Of a DNA stretch of 64,000 nucleotides, positions 55,549 through 64,000 are shown piece by piece. The notes beneath the pieces are model-generated. The model searched no databases. It saw only the letters and a list, made by a program, of their open reading frames with translations, and was not told the origin of the DNA. Where the stretch lies: positions 12,320 through 76,319 of the forward strand of contig JADFLW010000002.1 of NCBI GenBank assembly GCA_022564195.1. The letters run 5' to 3'. Within the stretch, counting starts at the first letter, position 1. Each line of letters begins with the position of its first letter. Both the position numbers and the translations under genes were made by a program. The DNA comes from Patescibacteria group bacterium. Lineage in GTDB: Bacteria; Patescibacteriota; Microgenomatia; UBA1400; Chisholmbacteraceae.

Positions 55549-56454
55549 TTAACTACCGAAAGCCTTCGGTCCTATAAAAAGTATCCAAAAGGTTATAGAA
55601 AATGCACCTAAAATAACAAGTCCGACACCGTTAATAAGTTGAACCACCTCCCGCTTGCTTGAAATCCAGACAACCATACGCTGTGGGGTAACCTTTACAC
55701 TTGCTAAAATTCCAAAGGCTGCCATCGGTAAAATTCTTCCCAAAGCCAGAACTCCGCCAAGAAGAGCTCCATAAAATGGATTGCCAACCAATGCTGTCCA
55801 AAGGAGAACAGCATGGTAGGTGGGAAATGGGCACCCTACGCCAAGGGCTCCACCCATTGTTGCACCAACGGTAAAAGACTTTCTGTAACCGCTCATCTTA
55901 AGACTTGATTCTTGAGCTTTGTGAAAAAGACCACTCAAGAGACCTCGTTGGCGGATAAACCCAAATTCAGCTAAGCCAAAATAAAGCACAATAAATCCAA
56001 CAAGAGAAAATACTATCACTGCCGTTTGCATTGCCGATTGACTGAATCCTTTGAGCAATGAAATGGCCTGTCCTCCTAAAAGACCCACAATTCCACCAAC
56101 GAAGGCACCAATAAGAATGAGGCCGAGTGAGTACCAAAAAAGATTAATGAGCCAATTCGGCTTTTTTATATCCGTATCGCTTGCCTTTGTCTGAATTGTG
56201 GGTGCAAAAGTAAAGAGAATTGGTAAAAAGCAAGGGGTAACCACCATTGAGATACCTATTGCAAAAGCGATAACAAGTGCCGGCAACGCTCCGGGGATTC
56301 CTTCAACGGCCGTGCTTGTTGTGCCGGCAAGGAAAATTTGTATCGTGGTTGGCAATTCCTTCAAAAATGGCAGTTGACTGAAAAACAAAGCCAACCCGAT
56401 ACCTGCAAGGATTGAAGTGGCCAAAATTGTGAATTTAGCCTTTGTACTCATCAA
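55549..56454 (-). CDS. CcdA/DsbD-like membrane protein, paralogue
   Basis: VVTPCFLPILFTF motif in TM; polytopic. Confidence 0.5.
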   Translation of the reverse strand: MMSTKAKFTILATSILAGIGLALFFSQLPFLKELPTTIQIFLAGTTSTAVEGIPGALPALVIAFAIGISMVVTPCFLPILFTFAPTIQTKASDTDIKKPNWLINLFWYSLGLILIGAFVGGIVGLLGGQAISLLKGFSQSAMQTAVIVFSLVGFIVLYFGLAEFGFIRQRGLLSGLFHKAQESSLKMSGYRKSFTVGATMGGALGVGCPFPTYHAVLLWTALVGNPFYGALLGGVLALGRILPMAAFGILASVKVTPQRMVVWISSKREVVQLINGVGLVILGAFSITFWILFIGPKAFGS

Positions 56455-56649
56455 GTTTTTTTCTAAGCTAATCTTCAGTCGCTCCTCCCATAAAAGCCAA
56501 CTTGCCGTTGATAATCACCCCAGAGCTTGACATAATTCCGTGCTTCTGTACCAACTCCATGCCCATATCAGTTGTCATCAGGATTTCCTCCTAGAAGAAT
56601 TATTGAAAAAAGAACAAAGGCAACACTAACTAGGCTGACTTTTTCTTTC

Positions 56650-56958
56650 TTACTCATGGTCATCTGCCTTACAATTGACACAATAGGTATTGACGTGTTT
56701 GTCCATTAATAACAGGAGCGGCTCGATCGTGGTTTTGTTTAGAGAGTAAATCCGCTCTTTGCCGTTTTGTTTGGCTTCAACGAAATGGCAGTTATGTAAA
56801 CGTTTAAGATTATGAGACACCAAAGTCTGTTCGAGGTTTGTCCCTTCCACAATCTCCGACACGTTCCTGGCATCATGGACTTGCAAAAAGTGAATGATCT
56901 TCAGCCTATTCTCGTTCGCCAAAGTCTGAAAGAACCGCTGATATGAAGTACCTATCAT
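56650..56958 (-). CDS. ArsR/SmtB family metalloregulatory transcriptional repressor
   Basis: wHTH (LANENRLKIIHFLQ...VSEIVEGTNLEQTLVSHNLKRL) plus a C-terminal CVNCKADDHE metal site. The start codon lies inside a direct repeat ATCATAT-N9-ATCATAT. Confidence 0.8.
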   Translation of the reverse strand: MIGTSYQRFFQTLANENRLKIIHFLQVHDARNVSEIVEGTNLEQTLVSHNLKRLHNCHFVEAKQNGKERIYSLNKTTIEPLLLLMDKHVNTYCVNCKADDHE

Positions 56959-57142
56959 ATGAAAATATTATCATATAACTGGTTTGTTGTCAAGTGGACG
57001 ACCAGCGCGGAAAGAAGAAAGAAGTCTTGACGATTTCCTCCTGGAAAAATTGTGAAAAAGAAGGTACCATGTGCTCCACGAAACAACCCAGAACTTTTAA
57101 AATCGCAAAAGACAAGCAGCGAATAAGAGAAAAGGTGAAGAG

Positions 57143-57874
57143 ATGAAAAAAAATATCTGGCTTATTGGCATCCTCCTTGTTGCTGCAATCGGCGTTGGGA
57201 CTCTGGCGCTGAGCGGGAAAAAGCGAGAGCCAGTGCCCAGCGAAGTAGCATCAGGAGAAACAACGCCACTCGTTTCAGAATCGAAAGACGCTGTCACCGT
57301 TTCAGATCAATCGACAGGAGATTCGATGACCATCGACTCGGCAACGCTCGAAGACGGTGGATATGTGGTGATTCATGAAGATGCCGATGGCAAACCAGGA
57401 GCCATCATTGGCAGCAGTACCTATCTTCCAGCAGAGACAAGCGAGGACATTCAACTTCCCTTGAATCGTTTCGCAGAAGAGGGAGAAACGCTCTACGCCA
57501 TGCTCCACAGCGACGATGGTAATAATCTGTTTCAAGCCGTCAACGACCTGCCAATTAAAGATAGCCAAGGCAACATCGTTGTCAAGAAGTTCACAATCGG
57601 AGAGGAATCTGCAACCGCAACGCAGGCGAGCATAACCTCAGGGAACTTCTTCTTTCGACCGGCAACGCTTTCTGTCAACCGCGGAGAGGTGATCGTCAAC
57701 GTGACACAAAACAGTGGCCTGCATACTTTTGTGATCGACGAACTCGGGGTGAAGGAATCCTTGGCGACCGGAAAGACCTTCAGCTTCAGGGCCGAATCTG
57801 GAACATACGAGTACTACTGTGATGTTCCAGGGCATCGGCAGCGAGGCATGCTCGGAACGCTCACCATAAACTGA
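57143..57874 (+). CDS. Membrane-anchored cupredoxin (plastocyanin/azurin-like type-1 copper) domain protein
   Basis: N-terminal TM. C-terminal cupredoxin ligands: His in GLHTFVIDELG and C-x2-H-x4-M in YYCDVPGHRQRGM. Confidence 0.7.
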   Translation: MKKNIWLIGILLVAAIGVGTLALSGKKREPVPSEVASGETTPLVSESKDAVTVSDQSTGDSMTIDSATLEDGGYVVIHEDADGKPGAIIGSSTYLPAETSEDIQLPLNRFAEEGETLYAMLHSDDGNNLFQAVNDLPIKDSQGNIVVKKFTIGEESATATQASITSGNFFFRPATLSVNRGEVIVNVTQNSGLHTFVIDELGVKESLATGKTFSFRAESGTYEYYCDVPGHRQRGMLGTLTIN

Positions 57875-57878
57875 GTCT

Positions 57879-58394
57879 ATGAAGTATCCTGAAAATTGGG
57901 ACCAATTACCGAGGCATGAGCGCAAAAAGCTCAGAAAGGCCCTCAAACGGCAGGAACAACAGAAAATTGCTCGTGTAGCCAACATACAAGCCTGGGTGAT
58001 AAGGGGAGTAGTAGCTGTAGCCTTAACTGCCGGAGGGTACTTTTGGTGGACAAATCGGTCGGTCCTGCCCCCAACGAACTTCACTGGTCATATAGAACAG
58101 AGTCCGGAATCCCACATCCTCGACAAGCCGATGTCGATTCTCATTCAAAAACACATGATCGAGCACGCTGATGGAGAGGGCCCTCCTGGAGTGGTCATCA
58201 ACTACAACTGTGAGGACTTTGAGTGTGAACCCGAACTGATTGAGGAGCTTGCCGACATTGCCAACCAGTATCCAGAGTTCGTGTATGTCGCACCGTTTCC
58301 AGGGATGACCAAGAAATTAGCGATCACCCGATTCAAGAAGATTGAAACCTTCGACAGCTTCGATAAAGAAGCACTGATCAGATTTATTGAGTAA
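57879..58394 (+). CDS. Hypothetical membrane-anchored protein with His/Cys/Glu-rich putative metal-binding region
   Basis: Basic N-terminus, one TM, then HIEQSPESH...HMIEHADGEGPPGVVINYNCEDFECEP. The domain is unassigned. Confidence 0.4.
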   Translation: MKYPENWDQLPRHERKKLRKALKRQEQQKIARVANIQAWVIRGVVAVALTAGGYFWWTNRSVLPPTNFTGHIEQSPESHILDKPMSILIQKHMIEHADGEGPPGVVINYNCEDFECEPELIEELADIANQYPEFVYVAPFPGMTKKLAITRFKKIETFDSFDKEALIRFIE

Positions 58395-58649
58395 AGTGGT
58401 GTACAAAAGAAATTCGCAGTAGAGCTCTGTCAATTGATACAGTAGAACTTCATTTTTCAAGCTTCCTGTCAAGCTTCCATCTTCTCGTAAAAAACCAAAA
58501 ATCCCAGAAAAAGATACGTTAGCAAGATTCGGAAAATCAAACTCTGCTTGATTTAATTATTTAGTCCTACTATAATCGCTGACAATGAATAATCATTATC
58601 TACTAAGAAGCATAGTAGGAAGAGCGGATACAACGAACAAGAAATTATT

Positions 58650-59357
58650 ATGAGTAATAAGAAAGTACCAGATCTTTTGAAAGTTGAAGGATCGCTTGGA
58701 CCACTTGAATCTGAAGTGATGGAAGTTGTTTGGAGTAAGAATAAAGCAAGCGTGAATGAAGTGATAGAAGTCGTTCGAAGGAAAAGACAAATTGCCTATA
58801 CCACAATAATGACGGTCATGAATAATCTCTATAAAAAAGAGTATTTAACAAGGCGAAAAGTAGGTAAAGCTTACCAGTACAGAACAGTCGCGCCAAAGAG
58901 TATCTTTTTGAAAAACGCTTTACTTTCTGTGATTCATGATTTAATCATAAGCTACGGCAGAGCTAGAGTACTTCTTGACACGCTACGACTAGACATCTCT
59001 CCAGCCAGACAGTTTAGAGTAGCAACGACACTCGAAACAACAGTCTCTCAACACAAAACACCTGTTTGGTACGGTGTCTCATTCACACTTCTTGCAGCCT
59101 CTCTTGTGTATTCCGTTTGGGATCTATTACAGAATCTTACATTTTTCGGGACGATACATTACCTAAGACTAGCTCTTTCCGAGCCAACACTCATACTCAA
59201 CCGCTTTGACATTGTTGCTTCTGCCCTCATCGAAAGCTTGCCAACACTCAATGTATTGGCGACGATTATCCTCCTGAGTCTTTTTATATTTGTGGGAAAA
59301 AAGCTGATCAGACTTTTAGATATACGGGTCTTTCCACGACTGGGAGGCGTGGTCTAA
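58650..59357 (+). CDS. BlaI/MecI/CopY-family wHTH repressor fused to a C-terminal 2-3 TM membrane domain
   Basis: Penicillinase-repressor N-terminus (LGPLESEVMEVVWSKNKASVNEVIEVV...IAYTTIMTVMNNLYKKEYLTRRKVGKAYQY), then ~110 aa with TM helices. Canonical BlaI is ~125 aa with no TM. Confidence 0.6.
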   Translation: MSNKKVPDLLKVEGSLGPLESEVMEVVWSKNKASVNEVIEVVRRKRQIAYTTIMTVMNNLYKKEYLTRRKVGKAYQYRTVAPKSIFLKNALLSVIHDLIISYGRARVLLDTLRLDISPARQFRVATTLETTVSQHKTPVWYGVSFTLLAASLVYSVWDLLQNLTFFGTIHYLRLALSEPTLILNRFDIVASALIESLPTLNVLATIILLSLFIFVGKKLIRLLDIRVFPRLGGVV

Positions 59358-59813
59358 ATGAATAAAAAGCGAAATATCCTTACTGGTGTCATAGCGGGAG
59401 CTTTAATAGCGCTGGTGATTTTGATGGTATTCGTAGTTGGCATTCATCTAGGCCGGAATCAAAAGTATCAACGATTCTTGCCCTTTTGGGAGAAGCGGCA
59501 TGCCTATCGCAGTTTTATTCCTAAAAGACTCAACGGCCACGGCGTGTACGGTCGCATTGAATCTTTGGGTGAGGAAAGCATGGTCGTCGAAGAGAAAGAT
59601 GGAGCGCTTAAAACTGTCCTGTGGGATGACAAGACGAGGTTTAGGAGAAACCATACTGTCTCCTCTGCAGAAGAATTAATAGAGGGAGAGACAGTGATTG
59701 TTCTTGGGCAGCCAAGCAGTGAACAAGATGCTGTGATGGCTCTCATGGTTCGCATATTGAGTAAATATGAACCAACAGCTTCCCCTTCGGCCCAACTTAA
59801 GAAAGCATTATGA
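59358..59813 (+). CDS. Hypothetical N-terminally anchored protein
   Basis: TM at residues 8-30. Its ATG overlaps the upstream stop and its end overlaps the macA-like start by 4 nt, consistent with an operon. Confidence 0.4.
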   Translation: MNKKRNILTGVIAGALIALVILMVFVVGIHLGRNQKYQRFLPFWEKRHAYRSFIPKRLNGHGVYGRIESLGEESMVVEEKDGALKTVLWDDKTRFRRNHTVSSAEELIEGETVIVLGQPSSEQDAVMALMVRILSKYEPTASPSAQLKKAL

Positions 59814-61126
59814 AGGAGAAAATTAAACCCTTTTTACAAAGGTGTATCGCTGTACTTGTATCCCGTAAGAAACTGGTGCTAGTGGGGTTGTTTATTCTTG
59901 TCATCGCCGGTGTTGTAAGTAGGCGGTTCTTAACCAAAGACGAGCAAGCGACATTTATTACCGCTCAGGTTGAGCGCACCACCTTAATCAACTCCGTATC
60001 AGCCAGTGGTAGTGTGATAAACACTGGTCAGCAAACCATCAGCACCAAAGCTTCAGGGGTTGTTAGGCAAATTTTTGTAAAAGATGGCGATGCAGTGGCC
60101 AAGGGAAACAAGTTGGTTGAGTTTGAGTTGGACCAGGAGGGTGAGGAGGCCAGAGCCAAAGCCTGGTCATCATACTTGTCATCCAAAAATTCGGTAGAGT
60201 CAACTAAGGCGACACAATACAGCCTTCAGTCGGCCATGTTTGAAGCATGGGACGAGTTTAAGGAGTTGGCGGAAAGTGATACGTACCAAAATTCTGATGG
60301 TACGCCAAAATATGAACAACGAGCTCTCCCCGAGTTTCACATACCCGAAAAAGACTGGTTGGCAGCCGAAGCCAAGTACAAGAATCAAGTGGCCGTGATT
60401 GCTCAGGCTCAGGCAGCACTCACCAGTAGTTGGCTTTCTTTTCAGATGGTTTCTCCTACGATTACTGCGCCAGCTAGTGGAAAGGTTAGTGATGTAATGG
60501 TGGCACCGGGCATAGTTATAAGTCCTCAAACAGGTGAAGGTGGAGGTAGCCACAAACTTCTTTCTCTTGTAACTGGTCAAGAAGCCTTGGTATCAGTTTC
60601 GGTTAGTGAAATAGATGTGTCTCAAATTGAGACGGGACAAAAGGTAATTATTGTGGTAGATGCTGTTGCTGACAAGACATTTACAGGCAAAGTCGTTGGT
60701 ATAGATCGCACTGGATCAGTGACCCAAGGAGTAGTCAACTACGCAGCGCTTATAAGTCTGGATACTTTAGACAAATCCTTGCTTCCCAATATGAGTATAA
60801 CCGCCGAGATTATTCTGTCTTCAAAGCCAAATGTTCTTGTTGTTCCGGCAGGTGCTGTTAGCCAATTCCAAGGGCAAGCAATTGTGAGTGTATTGGTTAA
60901 CGGGAAACCTCAAGAAAAAGAAGTTGAAACAGGTTTGCAAACTCCAACTCAAGTAGAAATACTAAATGGCTTGGAAGAAGGAGAGACAGTAATTACCGGT
61001 CGGCGCCAAACTAGTGAGGCGCCTTCACAATTTGGGGGACAAGGTAGAAGGGGCTTTGGTGGAGGGGCATTGCGCCCCGGTGGTTTTGGTGGCGGCTCTC
61101 GCGGTGGGGGCGGTGACCAACATTAA
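59810..61126 (+). CDS. Efflux membrane-fusion (HlyD/MacA-like periplasmic adaptor) protein with Gly/Arg-rich C-terminal tail
   Basis: N-terminal TM, biotin-lipoyl-like hairpin (VKDGDAVAKGNKLVEFEL), beta-barrel region, and a tail of GGQGRRGFGGGALRPGGFGGGSRGGGGDQH. Confidence 0.8.
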   Translation: MKEKIKPFLQRCIAVLVSRKKLVLVGLFILVIAGVVSRRFLTKDEQATFITAQVERTTLINSVSASGSVINTGQQTISTKASGVVRQIFVKDGDAVAKGNKLVEFELDQEGEEARAKAWSSYLSSKNSVESTKATQYSLQSAMFEAWDEFKELAESDTYQNSDGTPKYEQRALPEFHIPEKDWLAAEAKYKNQVAVIAQAQAALTSSWLSFQMVSPTITAPASGKVSDVMVAPGIVISPQTGEGGGSHKLLSLVTGQEALVSVSVSEIDVSQIETGQKVIIVVDAVADKTFTGKVVGIDRTGSVTQGVVNYAALISLDTLDKSLLPNMSITAEIILSSKPNVLVVPAGAVSQFQGQAIVSVLVNGKPQEKEVETGLQTPTQVEILNGLEEGETVITGRRQTSEAPSQFGGQGRRGFGGGALRPGGFGGGSRGGGGDQH

Positions 61127-61150
61127 ACGTATAGTGAGCTTTTCGATCTT

Positions 61151-61861
61151 ATGATTGCTTTAAAAGATATTACCAAGATTTACAAAAACGAGCATGTAGA
61201 AATGAAAGCCTTGGATGGTGTCTCTTTTAGAATTAAAGAAGGTGAGTTTGTCGCCATAATGGGGCCTTCTGGTAGTGGTAAGTCAACCCTGATGCACATC
61301 ATAGGAGTTCTTGATACACCTACATCTGGTGAGTATCGCCTTGATGGGAGAAAAGTCGGACAACTGACAGACGACGATCTGGCAGAAATCCGTAACAAAA
61401 AAATTGGCTTTGTGTTTCAGTCGTTCAATTTGCTAAGACGGACTTCTGCCATTAAAAACGTCATGCTCCCTATGGTTTATGCAGGGGTAAATCAGAAGAA
61501 GCGGATGGATTTGGCCAAGAAACTTTTATCCCAAGTTGATTTGGCCGATAAGACGGACAGTCTTCCTAGTCAACTCTCGGGCGGCGAGCAGCAGCGGGTG
61601 GCAATTGCAAGGGCGTTAAGCATGAAACCAACAATCATCCTGGCCGATGAGCCCACCGGAAATCTGGATACTAAATCAGGCGCAGAAATTATGGATATTT
61701 TTCAAAGCTTAAACAAAAAGGGCAATACGATCATTATAATTACCCACGAACGTTATATAGCCGAGCACGCCAAAAGAATCATTTTACTTCGCGACGGTAA
61801 GATCGTTGAAGATAACATGAATCACAGGCAAAAAGATGTTAACCGTAAAAAAGCAAATTAA
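61151..61861 (+). CDS. MacB/LolD-type ABC transporter ATP-binding protein
   Basis: Walker [10 protein letters not shown], signature [15 protein letters not shown], Walker [12 protein letters not shown]. Confidence 0.9.
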   Translation: MIALKDITKIYKNEHVEMKALDGVSFRIKEGEFVAIMGPSGSGKSTLMHIIGVLDTPTSGEYRLDGRKVGQLTDDDLAEIRNKKIGFVFQSFNLLRRTSAIKNVMLPMVYAGVNQKKRMDLAKKLLSQVDLADKTDSLPSQLSGGEQQRVAIARALSMKPTIILADEPTGNLDTKSGAEIMDIFQSLNKKGNTIIIITHERYIAEHAKRIILLRDGKIVEDNMNHRQKDVNRKKAN

Positions 61862-61864
61862 CAA

Positions 61865-63085
61865 ATGGACTTTAGAGAAATTTTTACCACAGCAAGAGAA
61901 GCACTACTGGTCAGCAAACTAAGAACCAGCCTTGCTGTCTTAGGAATTGTTATTGGAATTGCGGCCGTCATTACGCTGATGTCTCTTGGACAAGGAGGAC
62001 AGCAAGCGGTTTCGGAGCAAATTGAGTCGTTGGGTTCAAACTTAATCACCGTCTTACCGGGGGCACAAACGAGCGGTGGCGTACGGGGAGCGAGCGGGAG
62101 TCAAGTGGCGCTTACCTACGAAGACGCCAAAGCTTTGGAATCAGCCCAGATAGTAGGTATTGACGCGGTCTCTGCGGAACTGGCAAGAAACACCCAGCTG
62201 ACAGCTGGTGGTACCAATACGAACACAAGAGTGATGGGGGTTATGCCTGGCTATCAAATTGCAAGAAACCTTGGTATTGCCTCGGGTGTTTTTATCGCTG
62301 GGCAAGATTTACTGGGGCAACGCAAGGTGGTAGTTTTGGGCCCTCAAGTGGTAGCTGATCTCTTTGGCGAAGGGGCTAATCCGGTTGGAGAAACCGTTCG
62401 TATTGAGCGCCAAGCATTCAGAGTAATTGGAGTGAGTGTCGCCAAAGGGGGTAGTGGGTTTCTCAATCAAGACGATATCGCCTTTGTTCCCCTAACTACT
62501 GCTCAAAAACAACTATTCGGCACTGATTCTGTTGGCAGTATCTCAGTGGCGGCTATTAGTGAGGACTTTGTTGATCAATTGAGAGACGAGGTGGGATTCT
62601 TTTTACTGGCTCGTCACGGCATAACAGACCCTGTTGACGCTGACTTCAGAATGACTACTCAGGAGGATGTACTTGGGGCCGTAAGCCAAATCACTGGTAC
62701 GTTCACGGCTCTTTTGGCGGGGATTGCAGCCATCTCGCTTTTGGTCGGCGGCATTGGAATAATGAACATCATGATTGTCACAGTAACCGAGCGCACTCGT
62801 GAGATCGGCTTGCGAAAAGCGGTTGGAGCTAAAAAGCGAGACATTACTGCCCAGTTTTTAACCGAGGCGGTTATTCTAACCATTGTCGGTGGAACTATCG
62901 GGATTGGTCTGGGTGTGGGGCTTTCGTACTTGCTTACCAGGTTCGTGCCGATTCCGTTTGTCTTCTCACTCGAATCAGTCCTTTTGGCAGTTGGGGTTTC
63001 GTCTGTTATTGGAATTGTTTTTGGCTTTTATCCAGCACGAACTGCCGCCAATTTATCGCCAATTGAAGCGTTACGTTATGAGTAA
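61865..63085 (+). CDS. FtsX-like ABC transporter permease (MacB-type, with MacB_PCD periplasmic domain)
   Basis: TM1, a ~220-aa periplasmic domain, then a 3-TM FtsX core (LVGGIGIMNIMIVTVTERTREIGLRKAVGA). Confidence 0.85.
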   Translation: MDFREIFTTAREALLVSKLRTSLAVLGIVIGIAAVITLMSLGQGGQQAVSEQIESLGSNLITVLPGAQTSGGVRGASGSQVALTYEDAKALESAQIVGIDAVSAELARNTQLTAGGTNTNTRVMGVMPGYQIARNLGIASGVFIAGQDLLGQRKVVVLGPQVVADLFGEGANPVGETVRIERQAFRVIGVSVAKGGSGFLNQDDIAFVPLTTAQKQLFGTDSVGSISVAAISEDFVDQLRDEVGFFLLARHGITDPVDADFRMTTQEDVLGAVSQITGTFTALLAGIAAISLLVGGIGIMNIMIVTVTERTREIGLRKAVGAKKRDITAQFLTEAVILTIVGGTIGIGLGVGLSYLLTRFVPIPFVFSLESVLLAVGVSSVIGIVFGFYPARTAANLSPIEALRYE

Positions 63086-63096
63086 ACCTTGTTGTC

Positions 63097-63894
63097 ATGA
63101 AGAAGACCAAAACTGCAATCATAACTTTCTCTCTAATAGCAATAGCTTTTCTAGCTTTCCAATTAATCAGCAGGTTAAATCTGTTGGACTCCGTTGATGG
63201 ACAATTTAGTGGTGCTCCGGAAGCCTTAAGATTTGGCATATTTCAAAGATTCCCAGAACTGGCTGATTGGAAAAGACCTGAAGGCCCACAACGTATCGCT
63301 CTACAGGCTGGTCACTGGAAAAATTCTGAGTTGCCCGACGAATTTAAACGCCTGCGAGAACAAGGTGGAGGGGCATCTGGTGGAGGGAGAAAAGAGTGGG
63401 AAGTAAACCTTGCTATTGCCCAGGAAACAAAAGAGATACTTGAAGAAGAAGGTTTTGAGGTTGAGATACTTCCAGCGACTATCCCCCCTTCATACTGGGC
63501 AGATGTTTTTGTGGCAATCCACGCAGACGGGAGTAGTGATTTGGCCACATCCGGATTTAAGGTAGCTTCTTCTTGGAGAGATTTTACCGGTAAAGCAGAC
63601 GGGCTGGTTTCCCTACTTGAAAAGGTATATGCCAAGTCAACCGACATGAATCTCGACTCTAATGTTACTAGAAACATGAGGGGGTACTATGCCTTTTCTT
63701 GGTGGCGATATGAACATGCACTTCATCCGATGACTACTGCGGTAATCATTGAGACTGGTTTTTTGACTAATTGGCGCGACAGACAAATGCTTATCAATAC
63801 TCCCCAAAAACCAGCCCGGGCAATTGCTGACACAATCGTAATGTTTCTGACCAAAGAGCGATTGGCAGTGCGGGGGAACTTTGAAGGGGGGTGA
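63097..63894 (+). CDS. N-acetylmuramoyl-L-alanine amidase (Amidase_3 family)
   Basis: Signal/TM, LQAGHW..., the EWEVNLAIAQETKEILEEEGFEV region and VAIHADGSSD, consistent with the Zn-amidase Amidase_3 fold. Confidence 0.65.
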   Translation: MKKTKTAIITFSLIAIAFLAFQLISRLNLLDSVDGQFSGAPEALRFGIFQRFPELADWKRPEGPQRIALQAGHWKNSELPDEFKRLREQGGGASGGGRKEWEVNLAIAQETKEILEEEGFEVEILPATIPPSYWADVFVAIHADGSSDLATSGFKVASSWRDFTGKADGLVSLLEKVYAKSTDMNLDSNVTRNMRGYYAFSWWRYEHALHPMTTAVIIETGFLTNWRDRQMLINTPQKPARAIADTIVMFLTKERLAVRGNFEGG

Positions 63895-63900
63895 GAGTTG

Positions 63901-64000
63901 ATGAAAAATAAAGGTCTTATTATTGGAATAGTAGTTGTTTTAGTAGTCGGAGGCGGAGGATTTTTTGCTGGACTGCAATATCAAAAATCAAAAGCACCAA
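63901..64000 (+). CDS. 5' end of a membrane-anchored protein (truncated by window end)
   Basis: MKNKGLIIGIVVVLVVGGGGFFAGL... Only 33 codons are visible. Confidence 0.3.
   Translation, partial: MKNKGLIIGIVVVLVVGGGGFFAGLQYQKSKAP

Noticed and set aside
60200-60580. 126-aa minus ORF inside the macA-like gene
   Set aside because: It is antisense to a supported gene.

Overview
This 64-kb window reads as a chromosomal segment of a small-genome, probably uncultivated bacterium. Hallmarks are stand-alone CheY-like receivers, a type IV pilus cluster, archaeal-type short AspRS, DUF3048/DUF4446 proteins and many -10 boxes within ~10 nt of start codons; the CPR/Patescibacteria-like assignment is inference only. 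The standard genetic code applies, with TGA used as a stop. Gene density is high on both strands. The core is housekeeping: recA-recX-rny, an HU-like protein, miaB/miaA, uppP, secD-secF, cca, recJ, aspS, gltX, pepA, an M24 peptidase, nth, rdgB and an RNase P RNA hidden under a spurious ORF. A T4P module (CheY-like, pilB, pilC, pilM-N fusion, pilO-like, two tandem pilins) occupies 19.9-26.8 kb. A mer-like cluster on the minus strand (52.6-57.0 kb) carries an ArsR-type regulator, two CcdA-like proteins, a membrane-anchored HMA protein and MerA with the C-terminal CC pair. A MacAB-FtsX-type efflux set lies behind a BlaI-like regulator fused to a membrane domain. The most unusual signals are non-coding. 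Two copies of a hairpin-rich element share an identical 32-nt module and show apparent compensatory base changes, at 26.9 kb and 35.1 kb. A ~100-bp direct duplication including tRNA-Pro(GGG) brackets a YgeW/OTCase-like carbamoyltransferase. Two divergent receiver-domain 3' fragments sit upstream of the intact CheY-like gene. A CCCTAAA/CCTAAACGCTA mini-repeat family occurs at three loci, one of them in-frame inside recJ. A 7-nt microsatellite lies inside miaA. Notable fusions are PPAT+DUF359 (the two terminal CoA steps) and a wHTH+nucleotidyltransferase protein paired with an AbrB/MazE-like protein. All calls rest on reading motifs in the supplied translations; no database searches were run.
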